Shown: positions 1 to 9,220 of the stretch, one piece after another | Position numbering within the stretch: the first letter of the stretch is position 1 | Layout of the letters: every line of letters starts with the position of its first letter | Assembly: GCA_046533775.1 (NCBI GenBank) | Contig: JAWDOO010000012.1 | Span: 1 to 13,648 of the forward strand | Origin: Candidatus Nanopusillus sp. | Lineage (GTDB): Archaea > Nanobdellota > Nanobdellia > Nanobdellales > Nanobdellaceae | Length of the DNA: 13,648 bases | Reading direction: 5' to 3' | Program-made: the position numbers and the translations under genes | Notes under the pieces: generated by a model | What the model was told of the DNA's origin: nothing | The model's database searches: none | What the model saw: only the letters and a program-made list of their open reading frames with translations

Positions 1-78
1 TGAATATAATATTAAAGAAATTGCAACTGTAATAACAATAATTAATATAGATGCTATTATTGGAGAAATAGATTTCAT
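1..78 (-). CDS. Archaeal type IV pilin-like protein, N-terminal fragment (class III signal peptide); CDS continues past the window start
   Basis: Minus-strand ATG at 78..76 translates to MKSISPIIASILIIVITVAISLILYS. A short basic leader followed by SP-I-I-A-S-I-L-I-I-V-I-T-V matches the archaeal prepilin N-terminus (pilin_N/DUF1628 type). A TATA-like A/T box lies ~20-35 nt upstream on the minus strand. Absent from the ORF track because the window edge truncates it. Confidence 0.6.
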   Translation of the reverse strand, partial: MKSISPIIASILIIVITVAISLILYS

Positions 79-167
79 ATATATTCTATATTCTTTAATA
101 TATAAATATTTTATGGATAATGAAGATTAAGAATGAATTATGATTTGTAATATATAAAAATAATAAA

Positions 168-240
168 TGGGACCGCGGGGATTTGAACCCCGGACCTCCA
201 CCTTGTAAGGGTGGCGTCATAGCCACTAGACCACGGTCCC
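168..240 (-). tRNA. tRNA-Val (anticodon UAC)
   Basis: Reverse complement is GGGACCG-TG-GTCT-AGTGGCTA-TGAC-G-CCACC-CTTACAA-GGTGG-AGGTC-CGGGG-TTCAAAT-CCCCG-CGGTCCC-A. It has a perfect 7-bp acceptor stem, 5-bp anticodon and T stems, a TTCAAAT T-loop and anticodon TAC flanked by T33/A37. There is no encoded CCA. It is a GC-rich island in AT-rich DNA. Confidence 0.93.
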
Positions 241-266
241 TTTCATTTAATATTTTTGTAAAAATT

Positions 267-635
267 TTAAAATACTATTGAAGATTCATATTCAATTTCT
301 GGAGTCTTTAAATATACAATAATTTTATCTTCTTTTATTTTTCTTCTTATTGATAATAGACCTTTATCTAAATAAATATTAAATATATAATATTCCAATT
401 CATTCATTTCATTACTTTTTGTTAGTCTTTCACAATCAGTTATTTTACAATCTTTTATGTTCAATATTTCGAAATCAGAAGTTATATTGGAACCTGCCAT
501 AAATGTTAAGCCATTTTCTTCAGATAATCTAATATAATATTTATCTCTTACGCATTCTATATATGTCCCTTCTCTATATTCTCCCCCACTTATTTTACAA
601 AACATTTCAAATTCTTTTTTAATCTTATTTTCCAT
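267..635 (-). CDS. Hypothetical protein (122 aa, four Cys), last gene of the trxB operon
   Basis: Long ORF in DNA where stop codons are frequent by chance. Its ATG shares one nucleotide with the upstream stop (TAATG at 637..633). I recognise no family. Confidence 0.7.
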   Translation of the reverse strand: MENKIKKEFEMFCKISGGEYREGTYIECVRDKYYIRLSEENGLTFMAGSNITSDFEILNIKDCKITDCERLTKSNEMNELEYYIFNIYLDKGLLSIRRKIKEDKIIVYLKTPEIEYESSIVF

Positions 636-931
636 TATATCCCCAATTGTTTTCTTACTTCTGGGTTTATTCTATCCACACTCCATTTGTTTTCAAAATC
701 TATCTCTATTTTTGAATTTTCATATATATTTAATTCTTTTAATTTTTCATCTATTTGTTCTAGAATTTCAGATATAAATGGACAAAAAATAGAAGTAGGC
801 AAAAATTTTATAATATAAATCCCATTTTCTTCTTTAACATCTTCTATTTCTCCTAAAGATATTATATCATATCCAAGTTCTGGATCTGTTACTTCTCTTA
901 ATTTGTTTAATATATCTTCAATTTTTACCAT
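635..931 (-). CDS. DUF59/MIP18-family (SufT-like) Fe-S cluster assembly protein
   Basis: Family signature present: VTDPELGYDIISLGEI, LPTSIFCPF (conserved Cys-Pro), W...INPEVRKQLG, ~100 aa. The start codon sits inside the trxB stop region (ATGGTAA, 7-nt overlap). Confidence 0.82.
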   Translation of the reverse strand: MVKIEDILNKLREVTDPELGYDIISLGEIEDVKEENGIYIIKFLPTSIFCPFISEILEQIDEKLKELNIYENSKIEIDFENKWSVDRINPEVRKQLGI

Positions 932-1896
932 TTCTTTGTTTTAATATATAAGAAAGCGCTAAATGCAGCTACAGCACCCTGTGCTGCTGAAGTAACAACC
1001 TGTCTTAAATTGCATATTTGTATTGTTACATCTCCTGCAGCAAGTAATCCTACTACATTTGTTTTTCCACATTGATCTACAATTATATGTCCGCTTTCAT
1101 CCATATTTACCTTTAAATCTTTAACTATTTCAGATAATGGAGCTAATCCTATTGCTACAAATAATCCATCTAATTTCATTGAACTTATTTCTCCAGTCTT
1201 TGTATCCTGTAAAATCACCTCTTCAACTTTTTCTGTTCCTTTTATTTCTTTTACAACTTTATTTAGTATGAATTTAATTTTTGGATTCTTTTTTGCTTCT
1301 TCAACTTCTACAGGATCTGCCCTAAACTCATCTCTTCTATGAATTATATATACTTCTTTTGCATGTTGGGCAAGTACTTGTGCATCATGGAATGCACTAT
1401 TTCCTCCTCCAACTACTCCTACAATTTTATCCTTAAAAAGTGGAGCATCACATTCCGCACAATATGATACACCCTTTAAATTCTCTCCAGGAACACCTAA
1501 TCTTTTTCTTTGGGAACCAGTTGTAATTATAATAACTTTTGCAATAAATTCTTTACCTAGATTCGTAAGAACTTTAAAGTTTCCATCAGGTAATTTTTCA
1601 ATTCTAACAACGCTTTCTAATAATGTTTTTACTCCATATTTTTCTGCATGTTTTTTAAATAAATTTCCCATTTCAGATCCTTTAACGTTTTCCAAGCCAG
1701 GGTAGTCATCAATAATGTTTGCCTCATTTAATGTTCCCCCGATATCTTTTGTTATTACTAATGTTTTTAATCTATATCTTCCACAATATAATGCAGCAGC
1801 ATAACCTGCAGGACCTCCTCCGACAATAATTACATCCCATTCTTTATCTAAATTTTCTATATTAGATATATTACTCAGCGATAAATTTATTGGCAT
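925..1896 (-). CDS. trxB: Thioredoxin-disulfide reductase (low-Mr TrxR family)
   Basis: FAD motif VIIVGGGPAGYAAA, redox-active CAEC-D (canonical CATC-D position), second dinucleotide motif GVVGGGNSAFHDA...HRRDEFRA, C-terminal FAD motif LLAAGDV. Length 323 aa. Confidence 0.9.
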   Translation of the reverse strand: MPINLSLSNISNIENLDKEWDVIIVGGGPAGYAAALYCGRYRLKTLVITKDIGGTLNEANIIDDYPGLENVKGSEMGNLFKKHAEKYGVKTLLESVVRIEKLPDGNFKVLTNLGKEFIAKVIIITTGSQRKRLGVPGENLKGVSYCAECDAPLFKDKIVGVVGGGNSAFHDAQVLAQHAKEVYIIHRRDEFRADPVEVEEAKKNPKIKFILNKVVKEIKGTEKVEEVILQDTKTGEISSMKLDGLFVAIGLAPLSEIVKDLKVNMDESGHIIVDQCGKTNVVGLLAAGDVTIQICNLRQVVTSAAQGAVAAFSAFLYIKTKKW

Positions 1897-1943
1897 AGAA
1901 GAAATTTGTTCAAAAATTTTTATAAATGTAATCCTTGATAATT

Positions 1944-2369
1944 TTAGAAAATATATATTTTAACTGTCATTTCAAGACCTTTTCCATTATTTGCTAATTG
2001 ATATAAATTCCATTCATTTGTTATCATCTTTACTTTACCATCTAGGTTATTATCTGGTAATATTTCTACTGGTTGTCTTTTTATATATTTTTCTAATTTA
2101 CTATTCTGAGGTCCTTCATAAGAAACGTCAAAAACAATTCCTTTTAATCTATATGAATTATATATTCTTTTGTTATATATTGATAAATTATCTATAATTT
2201 TTTTGTAAGAATTATCAGGAACATAAATGCTACTAATTACTTCAAATGGGTTTTCTGGATTTTTAATATTTAGATATGAAGCTCTAGATATATTAAAGAT
2301 ATATATATCTGCACCTACCATCGTTATTGGCCCATTTTTTATATTAACTAATTTATAGTTACCCCACAT
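1944..2369 (-). CDS. Hypothetical protein (141 aa)
   Basis: Uninterrupted ORF co-directional with its neighbours. No motif I can name. Confidence 0.65.
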   Translation of the reverse strand: MWGNYKLVNIKNGPITMVGADIYIFNISRASYLNIKNPENPFEVISSIYVPDNSYKKIIDNLSIYNKRIYNSYRLKGIVFDVSYEGPQNSKLEKYIKRQPVEILPDNNLDGKVKMITNEWNLYQLANNGKGLEMTVKIYIF

Positions 2370-2408
2370 AAAAATCTACTATGTATGTTAAAATTTATAA
2401 AAATATAT

Positions 2409-3113
2409 TTATTTAGAAACCTTTTCTAAACTTTCTTTTATTTTATTAGCAAATATTTCCATTTCTCCAATAGCCCCCTCCCATTCTGTTAAAACGTTTC
2501 CATCTTTATTTATTATTGCAATATGTGGTACACCATATACTTTAAATTTTTCAGCAAATTCTGGAAATTCATATGATTCGATCATTATACCTCTAATATT
2601 ATTTTTTGCCATTGCAAATTGATGGGAATGATGTGTCATATATGGACAATATGGGCATGTTGGAGTTACAAATACATATATATCTATTGGTTCATTTATT
2701 GATGCTAATTTTTTTGCTGTAGCTCCATCTATATCAAAATGATCATTTGATACATGTGTTATATCTTCTAAAAATATTGGAAATTCTTCTCCAGATGGCA
2801 ATCCATAATATATAATCCCAGGATATTTTTTGAATACAAATATTGGACCTCTCCTATTTCCATATTTATCTATTAACAAATTTTTACTTTTCATTTCTTC
2901 CTCTACCTTTGGATCATATGCATCTAGGAATTCAAATTTTATCTTATCATTTATTTGCATTAATAGTTCTCCAATTTTCTTTGCAAAATCACTGGTTTCC
3001 TTATTATTTTTTTCATCTAAGTATACAGTTATTTCTACCGGGTTTTTCAAGCTTTTATCAAACATTTCTTTTAATGTTTTTTTGTCTTCTTCACTTAAAA
3101 TTTCCTCAGCCAT
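2409..3113 (-). CDS. Protein disulfide oxidoreductase (PDO, glutaredoxin-like, two thioredoxin-fold units)
   Basis: Typical ~230 aa size for thermophile PDOs. The C-terminal unit has VFVTPTCPYCPY (CPYC active site) and YGVPHIAI (cis-Pro loop). The N-terminal unit has the fold-length spacing but no CXXC. Confidence 0.8.
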   Translation of the reverse strand: MAEEILSEEDKKTLKEMFDKSLKNPVEITVYLDEKNNKETSDFAKKIGELLMQINDKIKFEFLDAYDPKVEEEMKSKNLLIDKYGNRRGPIFVFKKYPGIIYYGLPSGEEFPIFLEDITHVSNDHFDIDGATAKKLASINEPIDIYVFVTPTCPYCPYMTHHSHQFAMAKNNIRGIMIESYEFPEFAEKFKVYGVPHIAIINKDGNVLTEWEGAIGEMEIFANKIKESLEKVSK

Positions 3114-3149
3114 TTAATAATATATAATATCCATTATTTTATAAATTTA

Positions 3150-4241
3150 TCATATATCTATTAATTCATTTAATTTTCTCAAAGATCTTAATTTAAAATT
3201 ATTATTAACTTTTGCTTCTTCAATTGCATTCTTTAATAGTTCTGCTTCTTCTAACATTAATGCTCTTTTAACATAATATGGTTTCCCAACCTTTGTTCCA
3301 TGTGCAAATGTATATATTATTGGATCTTTCCATGATAATTCACTTCCATATATTATTTTTGCAGTATATGCAAGTGCTCTTAACAATCCAGGTCCAAAAC
3401 CTTTTATAAATAATAAATCTTTGAAATTTTCTACAGTTTTATTAATTTCCAAAGCTTTCCAATATATTTTATCAGGTATCCTTAAATAGTAAGGTAATTC
3501 TTGATAAAATATATAATCATTGTTTTCTTTATTAATATATTTTAATATAGTATTATTTTTATTTTGATATGATTTTAATCTTATTATATATTCTTTTATT
3601 TTTTCTATTCTTTCATTATTAATTATTTCTAAAATATTTTTCCTTAATTCTTCAGATTCTTTTGATGATAAATTTAATGTTTTTGTATTTGATCCAAAAC
3701 CAATTTGGGAATCATCAAAATAATTTATATTTATCCAATGAAATCTTCTAACTTTTTGTTCTTTTATTGACATCTTTTGATTTATAATTGTCATATTACC
3801 TTTTTCATCAGAAATTAAAAAATGAAAATACAAATTATATCCATCTTGAATTAAATAATTATCAACTTTTGCAGAAGTTATTGATACATCCTTTATCTTA
3901 TCTTTTAATTTGTCTTTTATATCTTTAGTTTCTACTTCTTCAGTTATTTTAGAATCTTTTCCTTTTCCTCCCAAAACAATTATTGGTAAATTATCTTCTA
4001 TAGATATTTCTTTTAATGCTTTTAGTGTTACAGTAGTCATTCCAGAATAATTCCATTCAAATCCAAGTAAACATGCTAAAGAATTAAACCATAATGGATT
4101 TGAATATCTTTTTATTAATTCTTCTGTCCCAAATTCTTCAATAATTACTTTTACTATACTTCTTTCTAATTCTTTTAATTCTTTATAATGTGGAACAGGT
4201 CCTTTTGCCAATCTTAATTCTACATCACCTACCTTTTTCAT
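3150..4241 (-). CDS. DUF763 domain-containing protein
   Basis: The N-terminal region LAKGPVPHY...YSNPLWFNSLACLLGFEWNYSGMTTVTLKALKE...GGKGKDS matches my recollection of the DUF763 signature (PLHGGKAP...SDPFWFQ...GFDWHSSG.TT...GGKG). Recalled from memory, not searched. Confidence 0.7.
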   Translation of the reverse strand: MKKVGDVELRLAKGPVPHYKELKELERSIVKVIIEEFGTEELIKRYSNPLWFNSLACLLGFEWNYSGMTTVTLKALKEISIEDNLPIIVLGGKGKDSKITEEVETKDIKDKLKDKIKDVSITSAKVDNYLIQDGYNLYFHFLISDEKGNMTIINQKMSIKEQKVRRFHWININYFDDSQIGFGSNTKTLNLSSKESEELRKNILEIINNERIEKIKEYIIRLKSYQNKNNTILKYINKENNDYIFYQELPYYLRIPDKIYWKALEINKTVENFKDLLFIKGFGPGLLRALAYTAKIIYGSELSWKDPIIYTFAHGTKVGKPYYVKRALMLEEAELLKNAIEEAKVNNNFKLRSLRKLNELIDI

Positions 4242-4351
4242 TATAAATTATTTATCTAAATTGTACTTAAAAGCTATAATGTTGACCTTTTAACCTTAGA
4301 TTATATTTTTTAATTAATTTAACATAGAAGAATTTAATTGATAATAAAAAA

Positions 4352-5902
4352 TTATAATTTATAATTCCAAACACCTTTATCCTTATAATTGTATACTATT
4401 GATTTATACGTTGTAGTATATTCAATTCCATAACCCAATCCTTCTTTACCAATTCCAGAATCTTTTCTACCTCCATAAGGATAATATCCAATTCCATGCC
4501 TTGGCATATCATTAATATATACAGCTCCAACTTCTAAATATTCTGTTATTTTTCTAATTTTATTTATATCATTTCCAAATATTGCTGCATCTAATCCATA
4601 TCTTCTTTTTTCTATAATTTTTAATCCTTCATCTATATTATCTATTTTTACTAATAATGCCACAGATAAGAATACTTCCTTATTAAATAAATATAATTTA
4701 TCTACATTTTCTTTATCAACTTCTATTAAAGTAGGTTCAATATATGTTTTATCTAATCTATTTCCTCCATATAATATTTTCCCTCCTTTTTGTTTTGCAT
4801 CTTCTAAAGAATATACAAATTCATCTACAGTCTTAGGATCTGCAATTGGTCCAAATGTTGTATTATCATCTCTAGGATCTCCTATTTTTACCTTTGAAAT
4901 TTCTTCTATTAATTTTTCTTTAAATTTATCATATATTTCTTTTTCTACGAATATTATTTTTATAGAATCGCATCTTTGTCCAGAATATGATGTAATACCA
5001 GATGCAACTTTTTTTGCTGCATCATTTATATCAACATCATTTAATACAAATGCAGGAGCCCCTCCACCCAATTCCATTAAATATTGTTTAATTCCAGAAT
5101 TCTTCATTATTTCTTCCCCAGTTTCTGTGGATCCAGTAAATATTATTGAAGATATTTTTTTATTTGGTGTTATTTTATTCATATCTTTTCCAGGTACTGT
5201 TATTAATGATATATATTTCATTGGAAAACCTGTTAATTCTAATAATCTAATATATAATATTATTGGTAATGGATCTAAAGATGGAGGTTTAATAATTAAT
5301 ACATTTCCAGGTAATAGTGAAAATATTATTTTATTTACAGAATCAAATAATGGATAGTTAAATGGAGCTATTGCTAAAACTAATCCTAAAGGTTCCCTTT
5401 TTATAATTCCTTCAGATTCTAAGTAATCTTTACCAAATTCACCTGGTAAATAATCTCCAACAATTTTTCTATAATCAATTTCAATATTTTTTATCCTATT
5501 AATTGTAGATTCTATTTCTCCCAAAGCTTGCTTTCTTGTTTTTCCAGCATTTATAATTAATAAATTTACAAAGTCTTCTGAATATTTTTCTAATAATTCT
5601 GCAGTTTTTAATAATTTTTCAACCCTTAAATATCCTGGATAATTTCTTGCATTAAATCTTTCATTATATAATCTATCAATTTCTTTCTCTACAATTTCAT
5701 ATTGAACTTTTGGAACTTTTGCAACAGGTGATAAATCTATCGGGGTATTAATAGTTATATATTCTTGATTTCCATAATACCATTCTCCATTAATAAATGC
5801 TGGAAATATTGGTAGACCATCTTTATCGTATTTTATTATTTTTCTTAATTCTTCGCTTTTTATCTCAATTTTTGGTTTTTCAGGTAATAAAGTTATACCC
5901 AT
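4352..5902 (-). CDS. gapN: Aldehyde dehydrogenase superfamily, most likely non-phosphorylating glyceraldehyde-3-phosphate dehydrogenase (GAPN)
   Basis: ALDH hallmarks: FTGSTETG, catalytic Glu in MELGGGAP, catalytic Cys in SGQRCDSIK. The GGG-P and QRCD variants and the ~510 aa length resemble archaeal GAPN. Subfamily assignment is from memory. Confidence 0.78.
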   Translation of the reverse strand: MGITLLPEKPKIEIKSEELRKIIKYDKDGLPIFPAFINGEWYYGNQEYITINTPIDLSPVAKVPKVQYEIVEKEIDRLYNERFNARNYPGYLRVEKLLKTAELLEKYSEDFVNLLIINAGKTRKQALGEIESTINRIKNIEIDYRKIVGDYLPGEFGKDYLESEGIIKREPLGLVLAIAPFNYPLFDSVNKIIFSLLPGNVLIIKPPSLDPLPIILYIRLLELTGFPMKYISLITVPGKDMNKITPNKKISSIIFTGSTETGEEIMKNSGIKQYLMELGGGAPAFVLNDVDINDAAKKVASGITSYSGQRCDSIKIIFVEKEIYDKFKEKLIEEISKVKIGDPRDDNTTFGPIADPKTVDEFVYSLEDAKQKGGKILYGGNRLDKTYIEPTLIEVDKENVDKLYLFNKEVFLSVALLVKIDNIDEGLKIIEKRRYGLDAAIFGNDINKIRKITEYLEVGAVYINDMPRHGIGYYPYGGRKDSGIGKEGLGYGIEYTTTYKSIVYNYKDKGVWNYKL

Positions 5903-5924
5903 ATATAAAAAATGATTTTCATTT

Positions 5925-6674
5925 TTATATATTTATTTCTAATAATATTGGAACATGATCTGATCCATATATATTATCTAATATATCTGCATTAACTATT
6001 TTATCTTTTAATTCTTTACTTACTACACAATAGTCAAGTCTCCATCCCTCATTTTTCTTTCTCGCAATAATTGAATATGAAAACCAGCTATATTTTCTTA
6101 TATTTCCTTTTATATATCTAAATGTATCAATAAATCCTAAAGATAGAAAATGATCAAACCATTGTCTCTCCTCATCTGTAAATCCTGCATAACCTTTCAA
6201 ATTTATTGGATCATATATATCAATATCTTTATGTGCTACATTAAAATCTCCACAAATTATACATGGTTTATTTAAAGAAAGTACATATTTTTCAAATTCT
6301 TTATCAAATTCTAATTTAAAATTCAATCTTTTTAATGTTCCAACTCCAGCATTTGGAAAATATACATTTATTAAATAAAATTTATCATATTCCATTGTTA
6401 TAACCCTTCCTTCAATATCAAATTTCTCAATTCCAATTCCATATTTTATATTATTTGGTTTTATTTTCGATAATGTTAATACACCACTATAACCATTTCT
6501 TTTTGCTGGAAATGAATATACATTATATCCAATTAATTGAAATGTTAATGGTATTTCTTTTGTTTTTATTTCTTGAAATAGATAAAAATCTGAATTGTAT
6601 TTTTTAATAAAATCAATTAAACCTTTTTGAATTATTGATCTTAATCCATTAACATTCCAGGATATAATTTTCAT
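5925..6674 (-). CDS. xth: Exodeoxyribonuclease III (AP endonuclease, Xth family)
   Basis: MKIISWNVNGLRS N-terminus, FQEIK, CGDFNVAH, WRLDY, C-terminal GSDHVPI. Length 249 aa. Confidence 0.9.
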   Translation of the reverse strand: MKIISWNVNGLRSIIQKGLIDFIKKYNSDFYLFQEIKTKEIPLTFQLIGYNVYSFPAKRNGYSGVLTLSKIKPNNIKYGIGIEKFDIEGRVITMEYDKFYLINVYFPNAGVGTLKRLNFKLEFDKEFEKYVLSLNKPCIICGDFNVAHKDIDIYDPINLKGYAGFTDEERQWFDHFLSLGFIDTFRYIKGNIRKYSWFSYSIIARKKNEGWRLDYCVVSKELKDKIVNADILDNIYGSDHVPILLEINI

Positions 6675-6678
6675 TTTA

Positions 6679-6726
6679 TCAGTTTCCGGGTTCTACATCA
6701 TTTTTCAGCCTATATTTATTCATCAT
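6679..6726 (-). ncRNA. Candidate C/D box sRNA (2'-O-methylation guide)
   Basis: Minus strand reads AUGAUGA(C)-AUAAAUAUAGG(11 nt)-CUGA(D')-AAA-AUGAUGU(C')-AGAACCCGGAAA(12 nt)-CUGA(D). Box order and spacing match archaeal C/D sRNAs. The second guide is 50% GC in a ~25% GC background. The element spans the TatD stop codon and ends 4 nt before the xth ATG. Confidence 0.55.
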
Positions 6727-7477
6727 TATTTATATTATATACTTTAACAAAGTTATTAAATATTATTTCTTCTAACTCTTTCTCATCTATGTCTTTTATT
6801 TCAGATATCTTTTTCAATGAATATATTATTTTCCATGAATTATTTACTGCTTTACCTTTTTCTATTGGATCTAAATATGGAGAATCTGTTTCAGTTAAAA
6901 TAAATTCTAATGGTACATCTTTTACAATTTTTTGAAATCCAGGATCTCTATAAACAATTGCCGGTATTGATAAATAACAATTTATTTCAATTGCTTTATC
7001 TATTAAGGAAGGTTTCCAAAATGTATGCAATACTTTTTTATTATTATAACTTGTTAATATATCTAATACATCTTTTTCAGCTTTTCTAGCATGAATTATT
7101 ACTGGTTTCTTTAATCTATCAGCCAATTCTAAAAATTTTTCAAAATATATTTTTTGTTTTTTAATTTTATCTTCATCTACATTAGAAAAATCCAATCCAA
7201 CTTCTCCAATTGCTAAAAATTTTTTATCCTTATTTTCTTCAATAAATTCAAATGTTTTTTCTATATCATTATCATTCATTTTTTCAATTTCCTCAGGATA
7301 TAATCCTAAAGCATAATATATTATATCATACTTTTTAGATTCTTCAATTACTTTATTTATACTTTCAATATCTATAGAATTTTCAATTATATATTTTACA
7401 TTTCTTTTAATATTTTCCCTTATTTTTTCATCTACATTATTATATAAAAATAGATGTGCATGATCATCAACTATCAT
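6716..7477 (-). CDS. TatD-family metal-dependent hydrolase/DNase
   Basis: N-terminal DDHAHL (HxH metal site), EVGLD, IIHAR, ETDSPYL. Length 253 aa. Only 2 nt separate it from the upstream methyltransferase stop. Confidence 0.82.
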   Translation of the reverse strand: MIVDDHAHLFLYNNVDEKIRENIKRNVKYIIENSIDIESINKVIEESKKYDIIYYALGLYPEEIEKMNDNDIEKTFEFIEENKDKKFLAIGEVGLDFSNVDEDKIKKQKIYFEKFLELADRLKKPVIIHARKAEKDVLDILTSYNNKKVLHTFWKPSLIDKAIEINCYLSIPAIVYRDPGFQKIVKDVPLEFILTETDSPYLDPIEKGKAVNNSWKIIYSLKKISEIKDIDEKELEEIIFNNFVKVYNINNDE

Positions 7478-7479
7478 AA

Positions 7480-8139
7480 TTAAAACTTTTTCTTTAAATA
7501 TATTAAAAATATATCTTCAAAGAAAATATGTATGTTATCTATTATTCTATAATCATAGAATTTTGAATATTTATTTAATATATATTGAGGATTTGTTATT
7601 GAAGACATTATTATTAATATTTCTCCAAAATTATTTAATTTAGTTATACTTTGATATAAAAATCTATCGATTGTTTCATATCCAAATTTTCCCCCAGAAA
7701 CCCATCTTTTGACTTTTATTCCTTCATAACTTACTTCTGGTAAATATGGGGGATTAAATAATATTAAATCAAATTTTTCATTTATATTATTAAATAAATC
7801 GGATAAATAAAATTTTACCGGTAAATTCATTTTTTCTATATTTTTATATAAATAATCTAGATCAGAATTATTATCTATATAATTTATATAGAAGTTTATT
7901 TTAGATAATTTTAAACATTCTTCAGATATATCTGAAAAAGATACATTTTTTGTATATTTATATGCCTCTAAACCCTGAATTCCAGATCCACATCCAATAT
8001 CTAATACTTTTTTACCTCTAGCAAACTCTTTTATATGGTCATTTAATAAAAAAGAATCTTCCTTTGGAGGATAACATTCAAGATCATAAATCTTATAATA
8101 TATTATTAGATCGTTATGTTTTACATATTCAAATTCCAT
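7480..8139 (-). CDS. HemK-related class I SAM-dependent methyltransferase (NPPY type, N5-glutamine/N6-adenine class)
   Basis: SAM motif I VLDIGCGSGIQG and catalytic motif IV ILFNPPYLP. The ~220 aa size fits the archaeal HemK-related family. Confidence 0.8.
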   Translation of the reverse strand: MEFEYVKHNDLIIYYKIYDLECYPPKEDSFLLNDHIKEFARGKKVLDIGCGSGIQGLEAYKYTKNVSFSDISEECLKLSKINFYINYIDNNSDLDYLYKNIEKMNLPVKFYLSDLFNNINEKFDLILFNPPYLPEVSYEGIKVKRWVSGGKFGYETIDRFLYQSITKLNNFGEILIIMSSITNPQYILNKYSKFYDYRIIDNIHIFFEDIFLIYLKKKF

Positions 8140-8178
8140 AATAATATTTATTTAAGTTTTAATTTAAATTATTAATTT
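8140..8178. promoter_or_regulatory. 39-bp divergent promoter region (methyltransferase <-> rfcS)
   Basis: The spacer aataatatttatttaagttttaatttaaattattaattt has TATA-like boxes ~25-35 nt from each start codon in both orientations. No room for leaders or SD sequences, implying leaderless or near-leaderless mRNAs. Confidence 0.4.
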
Positions 8179-9147
8179 ATGCCAGAGAATGAAATATGGA
8201 CTGAAAAATATAGACCAAAAAAATTGGATGATATAAAAGGACAAGATGAAATAGTAAAAAGATTGAAGGCATTTGTAGAAAATAAAAATATGCCTCATTT
8301 ATTATTTACAGGACCTGCTGGGGTTGGAAAAACAACTGCTGCATTAGCATTGGCAAGAGAATTATATGGAGATAAATGGGAACAAAATGTATTACAATTA
8401 AATGCTTCAGATGATAGAGGAATTGATGTAATAAGAGAAAAGGTAAAGGAATTTGCAAGAACAAAACCAATTGGAGATGTTCCATTCAAAATTATATTTT
8501 TAGATGAAGCAGATGCAATGACAAGAGATGCACAACAAGCTTTGAGAAGAATAATGGAAGAATATTCTTCAGTAACAAGATTTATATTGGCATGTAATTA
8601 TTCATCAAAAATTATAGAACCAATACAATCTAGAACTGTTATATTTAGATTTAAACAATTAGATAAAAAGGATGTATTTGACTTATTAAGATCAATAGCT
8701 GAAAAAGAAAATTTGAATATAAATGATGATGCATTGGAAGCAATATACTATATTTCAGAAGGTGATATGAGAAAATCAATAAATATGTTACAGGCTGCGG
8801 CTTTGTATTCTAAAGATATAACTCCAGAATTAATATATGAAGTTGCTTCTGTAGCAAAACCACAAGAATTACAGGAAGTATTAAAATTAGCATATGAAGG
8901 AAAATTTGTTGAAGCTAGAGAAAAATTAATTGATTTAATGTTAAAATATGGTCTTGCGGGAGAAGATATAATTAAATATCTATCAAAAGAAGTTTATTCG
9001 ATGAATATATCCGAAAAGGAAAAATTAGATATAATATATTATGCTGGAGAAGTAGAATATAGATTGTTAGAAGGTTCAGATCCAATAATACAATTAGGTG
9101 CTTTGCTAGCATATATAGGGCTTAGAGGTTTACAAAGTAGAAAATAA
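8179..9147 (+). CDS. rfcS: Replication factor C small subunit (clamp loader AAA+ ATPase)
   Basis: [13 protein letters not shown] (RFC box II), Walker [10 protein letters not shown], Walker B/DEAD box FLDEADAMT, sensor-1 region ACN, arginine-finger motif QSRT (SRC-motif position). Length 322 aa, no intein. Confidence 0.95.
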   Translation: MPENEIWTEKYRPKKLDDIKGQDEIVKRLKAFVENKNMPHLLFTGPAGVGKTTAALALARELYGDKWEQNVLQLNASDDRGIDVIREKVKEFARTKPIGDVPFKIIFLDEADAMTRDAQQALRRIMEEYSSVTRFILACNYSSKIIEPIQSRTVIFRFKQLDKKDVFDLLRSIAEKENLNINDDALEAIYYISEGDMRKSINMLQAAALYSKDITPELIYEVASVAKPQELQEVLKLAYEGKFVEAREKLIDLMLKYGLAGEDIIKYLSKEVYSMNISEKEKLDIIYYAGEVEYRLLEGSDPIIQLGALLAYIGLRGLQSRK

Positions 9148-9220
9148 TTTTTGATAATCATTTTTGAAATTCAAGAATATAAAGCAATCATTTATATTTT
9201 GGAAAATAGTAAAATTTTAC

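Noticed and set aside
1991-2197. 68-aa plus-strand ORF
   Set aside because: It lies entirely antisense to the 141-aa minus-strand gene. The product is low-complexity L/I/F/Y-rich, as expected from reading AT-rich coding DNA backwards.
2830-3127. Two overlapping plus-strand ORFs (95 and 94 aa)
   Set aside because: Both are antisense shadows of the PDO gene, which has clear family motifs. Their products are F/L/S-rich nonsense.
5127-5357. 76-aa plus-strand ORF
   Set aside because: Antisense shadow inside the aldehyde dehydrogenase gene.
8295-8489. 64-aa minus-strand ORF
   Set aside because: Antisense shadow inside rfcS, opposite the Walker A region.
9164-9220. TTG-initiated 5' extension of the 9164..9478 ORF
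   Set aside because: Non-ATG start with no supporting signal. An ATG at 9221 gives a plausible 85-aa product. Kept only as an alternative start.
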